A stretch of DNA of 64,000 nt from an uncultured Actinomycetota bacterium (GTDB taxonomy: Bacteria; Actinomycetota; Actinomycetes; S36-B12; UBA10799): NCBI GenBank assembly GCA_963769435.1, contig CAVYLN010000002.1, forward strand, positions 93,098 to 157,097. Reading direction: 5' to 3'. The position numbers and the translations under genes were made by a program. The notes under the pieces were generated by a model. It was not told where the DNA came from, ran no database searches, and was given only the letters and a program-made list of their open reading frames with translations. Positions 58,323 to 64,000 of this stretch are shown in pieces (the stretch's first letter is position 1; each line of letters begins with the position of its first letter).

Positions 58323-58365
58323 CAGATGTGGGGTGCGGTCCCCTCAGGACCGCACCCCACATCTG
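58323..58365 (-). terminator. Perfect 19-bp stem / 5-nt loop hairpin just downstream of rpsA
   Basis: CAGATGTGGGGTGCGGTCC (58323-58341), cctca, then GGACCGCACCCCACATCTG (58347-58365). It begins 13 nt after the rpsA stop, and no long U-tract follows. Confidence 0.6.
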
Positions 58366-58377
58366 GAAGAGTTGACG

Positions 58378-59850
58378 TCAGCCCTCGCTCTGCAACTTCT
58401 CCCGCAGCGCCGCGAGCGCCTCGTTCGCGTCCTCGTCCAGGTCCCCGATGGCTCGGCCGCGGCAGCGGTGTAGTCGCCGCCGGCTTCGGCCTCTTCGTCG
58501 GCCTTCTTGGCCTCGGTGATCTGCTCCTTGTGCTGCTGCCAGCGCTGGTATGCCTCCTGGTACTGCTGCTCCCACTCGGTGCGCTGATCCTCGAATCCGG
58601 CCTTCCACTCCCCGCTGACGGGGTCGAAGCCCTCCGGCCCGATGTAGGCGCCGTTCTCGTCGTAGGACGCCGGCATGCCGTACAGGTACGGGTCGAACTC
58701 GTCGGTCGTCTCCGCACCCGCGTCCTCGTTGGCCTGCTTCAGAGACAGCGAGATGCGGCGGCGCTCGAGGTCGATGTCGATGACCTTGACGAAGATCTCA
58801 TCGTTGACCGTGACGATCTGCTCGGGAATCTCCACGTGGCGCTCAGCCAGCTCGGAGATGTGCACCAGACCCTCGATGCCCTTCGGCCACACGCACGAAG
58901 GCACCGAACGGCACCAGCTTGGTGACCCTACCGGGCACGACCTGCCCGATCGCGTGGGTGCGGGCGAAGTGCTGCCACGGGTCCTCCTGCGTGGCCTTCA
59001 GCGACAAGGACACGCGTTCGCGGTCCATGTCCACGTCGAGCACCTCGACAGTGACCTCCTGGCCCACCTCGACGACCTCCTGCGGGTGGTCGATGTGCTT
59101 CCAGGACAGTTCCGACACGTGCACGAGGCCGTCGACGCCGCCGAGGTCCACGAAGGCACCGAAGTTGACGATGCTCGAGACCACACCGGTGCGGACCTGA
59201 CCCTTCTGCAGCTGGTTGAGGAAGCCGGTGCGGACCACGGACTGGGTCTGCTCGAGGAAGGCGCGCCGTGACAGCACCACGTTGTTGCGGTTCTTGTCCA
59301 ACTCGATGATCTTCGCCTCGAGTTCCTGGCCCACGAAGGGCTGCAGGTCGCGCACACGGCGCATGTCCACCAGCGAGGCGGGCAGGAATCCACGCAGACC
59401 GATGTCGACGATCAGGCCACCCTTGACGACCTCGATCACGGTGCCGGTCACGACACCATCGGCCTCCTTGACCTTCTCGATGTCGCCCCAGGCGCGCTCG
59501 TACTGTGCGCGCTTCTTGGACAACATCAGCCGTCCGTCCTTGTCCTCCTTCTGCAGGACGAGGGCCTCGACGCTGTCGCCGACCTCGACCACCTGCGAGG
59601 GGTCGACGTCATGCTTGATGCTCAGTTCACGGGCCGGGATGACACCTTCGGTCTTGTAACCGATATCGAGGAGAACCTCGTCGCGGTCGACCTTGACGAT
59701 GACACCTTCGACGATGTCGCCATCGTTGAAGTCCTTGATGGTGGCGTCAATGGCGGCCAGTAGGGCCTCGGTATCGCCGATGTCGTTCACGGCCACCTGG
59801 CGGGCCGGGGAGGAAGTGGGTACTGCGGTGAGGTCGGGGGTTTCAGTCAT
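58378..59850 (-). pseudogene. rpsA: 30S ribosomal protein S1, two frameshifts (+1 and -1)
   Basis: S1 repeats run MTETPD..DIVEGVIVKVDRDEVLLDIG.. through ..KLVPFGAFVRVAEG. The next frame gives IEGLVHISELAERHVE..DYTAAAAE. A further frame gives AIGDLDEDANEALAALREKLQSEG. The span is 1473 nt. Confidence 0.9.
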
Positions 59851-59969
59851 GAAGTGTGGATAGCCGGTCTGTTCGATGGGCACAGCGCTGAGCCGTCGAT
59901 GTGAAAGCCATAGGTCCGGGTTTCACGGCGCAACACTGCGAGGGCGGTTCAGCCCTGTCACAGCATAGC

Positions 59970-60006
59970 GAAGGGGCGGTGGGCCCTCCGGCCGCACCGC
60001 CCCTTC
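59970..60006 (-). terminator. GC-rich hairpin downstream of the DUF3068 gene
   Basis: GAAGGGGCGGTG (59970-59981) pairs with CACCGCCCCTTC (59995-60006) around a 13-nt loop. It lies 11 nt after the stop at 60017. Confidence 0.45.
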
Positions 60007-60016
60007 GTCGATCGAT

Positions 60017-61079
60017 CTAGCTGTTGTCGGGCTTCTTGGAAGCGTCGTCCAGCACCTGGGTGGCGGTGTCGGAAGACGGAGCGTTGCCCGCCGGCACGAG
60101 ATCCTCGTCACCGCCGCCACTGTCGGACTCGCTCTTGCCACCACGCAGCATCAGCAGGCCGATGACCAGCAGCACGATACCGAGCACGATGAGCACGAGC
60201 GGTGCGGTCGAACCGAGCAGCGTCACCTGACCGGCCAGCGCCGCGATGTCGTCGGCGCTCTCCTGGGTCCCGTTGGTGCCGGTGTAGTTGGCTTTGGTCA
60301 GCACCGGCTCGCCGTCGAGGTCGAACGTGGTGTCCTCGGTCGATTCGCCGGCGACGATCTGTCCGGTCACCGGGTCGACCCAGTAGGTGCTGACGACCGA
60401 GTACATCTCAGCGAGAACCGTGTTGCCCTCAGCGTCCTCGTCCTCGCCCGGGATCGCCGAGGTCGGCACCTCGAGTTCGCCCACCTCGGTCGGAGGAACC
60501 TCGGACTTGAACACGAAACTGTTGATGCCGAACTTCTCCTCCTCGCCCTGGAACGAGAACGTCTGCGGGGCCCTTCAGCGACGTGTTGAACACCTGGTAG
60601 TCCTGCTGCTGGACGTCGAAGGGGAACTTGACCGGCAGGATGCTGCCCGTCATGTTCACCGGCTCGTCGTCCACGCTCGCGCCGCAGCAGTCGACCAGTT
60701 CAGAGGTGACCCGGTCGAATGCGTACCTGGCGGTACCGGCCGTGATCAGCTCACCGTCGGCGTTGTTGTTGACCCGCTGGAAGTAGTCGAAGACCGCGAG
60801 GTCCTGCGACTTCGCCTCCGGCTGCTCGGCGGCGGGCACGTCGCCGCGCACGAACACGTACTGCGTGGCCTCGACGCCACGGTCGTACGGATCGGGGTCA
60901 CCGGCGGCGAGCTTGCTCGGCACCAGCAACTGGTCGAACAGCACGTTCGACGTCGACTCGGTGTACTGGTCCACCGGAGTCTTCGCCGCACTGGGCAGGA
61001 CATAGAACTTGAGCAAAGGAGCGAGCACCAGCATCGCCACCCCGAGCGCCAGCAGGATCAGACCCACTACTCGCTTCAT
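60017..61079 (-). pseudogene. DUF3068 (PorA-family-like) membrane-anchored protein, frameshifted
   Basis: The N-terminus is MKRVVGLILLALGVAMLVLAPLLKFYVLPSAAKTPVD.. through ..VFNTSLKGP. The +1 frame continues QTFSFQGEEEKFGINSFVFKSEVPP.. and ends in a C-terminal TM (APLVLIVLGIVLLVIGLLML). The span is 1063 nt (3n+1). Confidence 0.75.
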
Positions 61080-61146
61080 CAACGCCTCCATTGTTGGCCG
61101 TACATCAGCACGCTGACGTTATCGGATTTCGGTTCCCTTTCGCAGC

Positions 61147-62480
61147 ATGATCGGCAGACACGCCCCAAACAAGTACTCTGACTGCGTGCCCGGGCCCGTA
61201 CGACAGCGCGTATCCGACTTCTTCCGGATCGACACCGTCGTGCCTCACCGTTTCAGCACATTGGACGGATACCGTGCCATCGCGGCTTTCGCCGTGGTCA
61301 CCACACACGTCGCCTACTTCACCGGTGTCGTCGTCGTGACCGCCTGGGGACACGCCTTCTCCCGACTCGACATCGGGGTGACGATCTTCTTCCTGCTGTC
61401 CGGATTCCTGCTGTTCCGGCCCTGGTCGGCGGCTGCGCTGCGGAACTCGACGTGGCCGGGCAACCGGCGGTACTTCCGTCGGCGCCTGTGGCGCATTCTT
61501 CCGGCGTACCTCGTCCTGGTCGTGGTCGTCCTGGCCGTCATGCCCGGCATCGAGGTGTATCCCAAGCACTGGATCTCGCATCTCACGCTCACCCAGATCT
61601 ACTGGCCGAAACTGCTCATCAACGGTCTGACGCAGTCATGGTCGCTGGCCACCGAACTGTCCTTCTACCTGGTCCTCCCCCTGATCGCCTGGTTGGTGGG
61701 CCGCCGCCATCGCGGAGATGTGGACGCCAGCACCCGTCGGCAGGTGTGGATCCTCGGTGGCGTTCATGGCACTGGCGTTCGTCTGGCTGGTCCTCCGGAC
61801 GCTGACCCCGATGGCCTCAGTTTGGCGTGGTGAACATGTGGCTGCCTGGCTTCATGGACTGGTTCGCGGTGGGCATGCTCATGGCGTTGGTGCACAACCG
61901 CCTGCGCCTTCCCGACCCTCCGGGCTGGATGCGCAGACTCAACGTCCTGGCCGACGACGTCGGAACGTGCCTGGTGCTCGCCGCGGGATTCTTCCTCCTC
62001 GCGAGCACCCCGATCGCCGGTCCCTACACATTCGGCGAGGGGTCCGCGTCGCAGGCCTTCGTCCGCCACTACCTGTACCTGGCAGCATCCGCCTGTTTCG
62101 TCCTGCCGGGCTTCCTGGGCACCGATGGCTGGGGTTCGTGGCGCAAGTTCCTCGCGTCTCCGCTCATGGCCTATCTCGGAACGATCTCGTACGGAATCTT
62201 CCTCTGGCACCTTTTCGTGCTCGAGACCGTCTCCTACGTGTTCGGCATCCCTGGCTTCAGCGGTTGGTTCTGGCTGCTGTGGCCCATGACGGCGATCGGC
62301 ACCATCGCGATGGCCCACTTGAGCTACGTCCTCATCGAACGCCCGGCGCAGCGTTATTCGCATGGCCCGCCGAGATTCCACTGGCATCGTCTGCGCGCGG
62401 CCAGCCTGCCCACAGGATCGCGGCCCAGGCCGTCACCAGAGCACAGCCCTGCAGAACCACCACAGCAGACTCCGGCCTGA
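61147..62480 (+). pseudogene. Acyltransferase family 3 (AT3) membrane protein, two frameshifts
   Basis: The sequence runs ..LDGYRAIAAFAVVTTH..DIGVTIFFLLSGFLL..RRRLWRILPAY..SWSLATELSFYLVLP.. to ..QVWILG. The next frame gives VAFMALAFVWLVLRTLTPMAS, and the next gives ..VVNMWLPGFMDWFAVGML..ISYGIFLWH... The span is 1334 nt (3n+2). The 3' end overlaps the convergent gene by 149 nt, so the true stop is doubtful. Confidence 0.75.
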
Positions 62481-64000
62481 TCCCGGCGATCGCTGACAGA
62501 ATCCCCGCCAACGCCACCGCGGTGAAGGCGACCACTGGCAGCGGCGCACGGCGGACGGCCAGCAACGCGAGGCCGAAGGCCACCAGTCCCCACGGGCCGA
62601 AGACCAGGAGCACGCCGCCGCCGATGAGGCCGGCCGTCGTACGAGCCATCGCTCTGGAGCGCACCGGCGGCCGCACCCGCAACGCGGGCGGACGCACTGC
62701 CACGAATACGACCGCCAGCGCGGCGAGCAGCCCGACCAGCAGGCCCCAGCGGTAGACCCCGTCCGGCGCGAAGTCCATCTGGACCGTCCCGCCGACGCCG
62801 GCGGGAACGACGAATCCCTGCTTCCAACCGTCGACCCGTACCGCTTCGAGGAGCTCACCTTCAACAGTGGCCCGCCACCCGGGATTGAAGTTCTCCGCCA
62901 ACTCCAGGATCTGTGCATCCTGGTGCGGATCCACGGTCACGGTCCTGCGGGTCCGCTCCCATGCCTCGATCTCCACCGACTCAACCCGGCCGCTCGGCCC
63001 GAACACGTTCTCCGGGGCGAAGATCCCGGCCACCGGGCGGAAACCCTCGCTGCTGGCCAGCGCCACGGAATGTGGTCCCGCGGGAACGGTCACCGGACTC
63101 CCGCACACACTCGCCGGCACGACATCGCCGTCCATGAACTGCTCGACCCGAGCGCTCACCGCGCTGCGGGCCACCACCTCACCGTCCACCAGCACGTCGG
63201 GGCCGCTACCGCACGGCATCTCCACGACGGCATCGGACGGCAGCGGCTGCCGCAGATCGTCAGCGCCGATGAGCCCGACCTCGGAGACCCCGAGCGGGAG
63301 GCTGAGTTCCCCGAGTGCGGAGCGTGAACGCACCTGATTGCGCGGTCAGGAACCGAACAGTGATGCGGTCGGTCGTGACGGGGTCGAACCGGTACAGACC
63401 GCGCTCGTCGGTGAAGCCCTGGTACGTCTTGTCGCCCGCCTGTACCTGCAACTCGAGCGGCGACGAGGCGTTGGCGCCCTGTCGATTGACCAGCCGGATA
63501 CCGCGCAGTGTGCGAGATTCCGGCAGCGAGATCGTCAGGGCGGGAGCCGGGTCGTCGGGTGCCGCCTGCCAGGTTGTGCCCAGCCTGCGATCCAATGCCG
63601 CGACCGCGGACCCGGCGGCCGCAGTGGTTCTGGTCGACGTCGCCACGATCCGGGCGCCCGCCACGTCCAGCAGGCGCTCCGAGAGGTCCGCCGCGTCCCG
63701 GGGAGCCACCAGCATGCGAGGGGTGCTCGTCAGCGGACTCGCCAGATCCACGTCCCGGAACAGTCCGACCCGGTCCTGGGAGAAGCGGCCGAGGCCGTCC
63801 GAACAGATCAGCACATCGTCACGTGGGGCGCACTCGCCGGCGTCCCCGGGCCGGGCGGTCAGCAGAAGTGCGTCCCCGGAGACCCCGTCGGGCAGTTGAA
63901 GGGTGCTGACGGCCTCGCCGGGCAGGCGGATCTCACGGATCCCGAGCAGCGGCGGCCGGAACGACGTCGGCGAGGCCCACCCGCACGAAATCGGTCTCAC
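62332..64000 (-). pseudogene. C-terminal part of an AftD-like (DUF3367) alpha-(1->3)-arabinofuranosyltransferase-family protein with a discoidin (F5/8 type C) domain; frameshifted; 5' end outside the window
   Basis: The discoidin-like part is ..LDRRLGTTWQAAPDDPAPALTISLPESRTLRGIRLVNRQG... The family-typical tail is ..ILELAENFNPGWRATVEGELLEAVRVDGWKQGFVVPAG..VQMDFAPDGVYRWGLLVG.. plus C-terminal TM segments. The frame changes near 63325-63345. Confidence 0.7.

Overview
This is a strongly GC-rich segment with high third-codon-position GC, and it reads as core chromosome of a high-GC Gram-positive bacterium (Actinomycetota). About 60 protein genes are packed with many 1-4 nt stop/start overlaps. 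The gene order is the conserved actinobacterial housekeeping synteny. From left to right: TldD/PmbA fragment, DUF3099, dodecin, SURF1, two ABC ATPases, and the complete sufR-sufB-sufD-Rieske-sufC-sufS-sufU-sufT operon. Next come an ABC-2 transporter, ctaA/ctaB, the pentose-phosphate operon tkt-tal-zwf-opcA-pgl, rbpA, secG, tpiA-pgk-gap and whiA-yvcK-rapZ-uvrC. The right part carries uvrA, ClC/TerC, uvrB, an MsrPQ-like pair, coaE and rpsA. I found no rRNA, tRNA, CRISPR array, transposase/integrase or recognisable defence system. Two things stand out. (1) At least 15 single-nucleotide indels (13 look like +1 insertions, 2 like -1 deletions) break 10 otherwise well-conserved genes, including essential ones: sufS, tal, yvcK, uvrB (3 indels), rpsA (2 indels), a DUF3068 gene, two acyltransferases, an AftD-like gene and an ATP-grasp-like gene. 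Assembly indel error is the most economical explanation, but it needs checking. (2) The right-hand 13 kb (50.6-64 kb) is an accessory cell-envelope cluster. It contains a five-gene translationally coupled operon wedged between coaE and rpsA (two GT-C-like membrane proteins, two AT3+SGNH O-acyltransferases and an internally deleted AT3/SGNH remnant). Beyond rpsA lie another AT3 acyltransferase, a DUF3068 protein and an AftD-like arabinofuranosyltransferase-family gene with a discoidin domain. All functional calls come from reading motifs in the translated ORFs. No database search was run.
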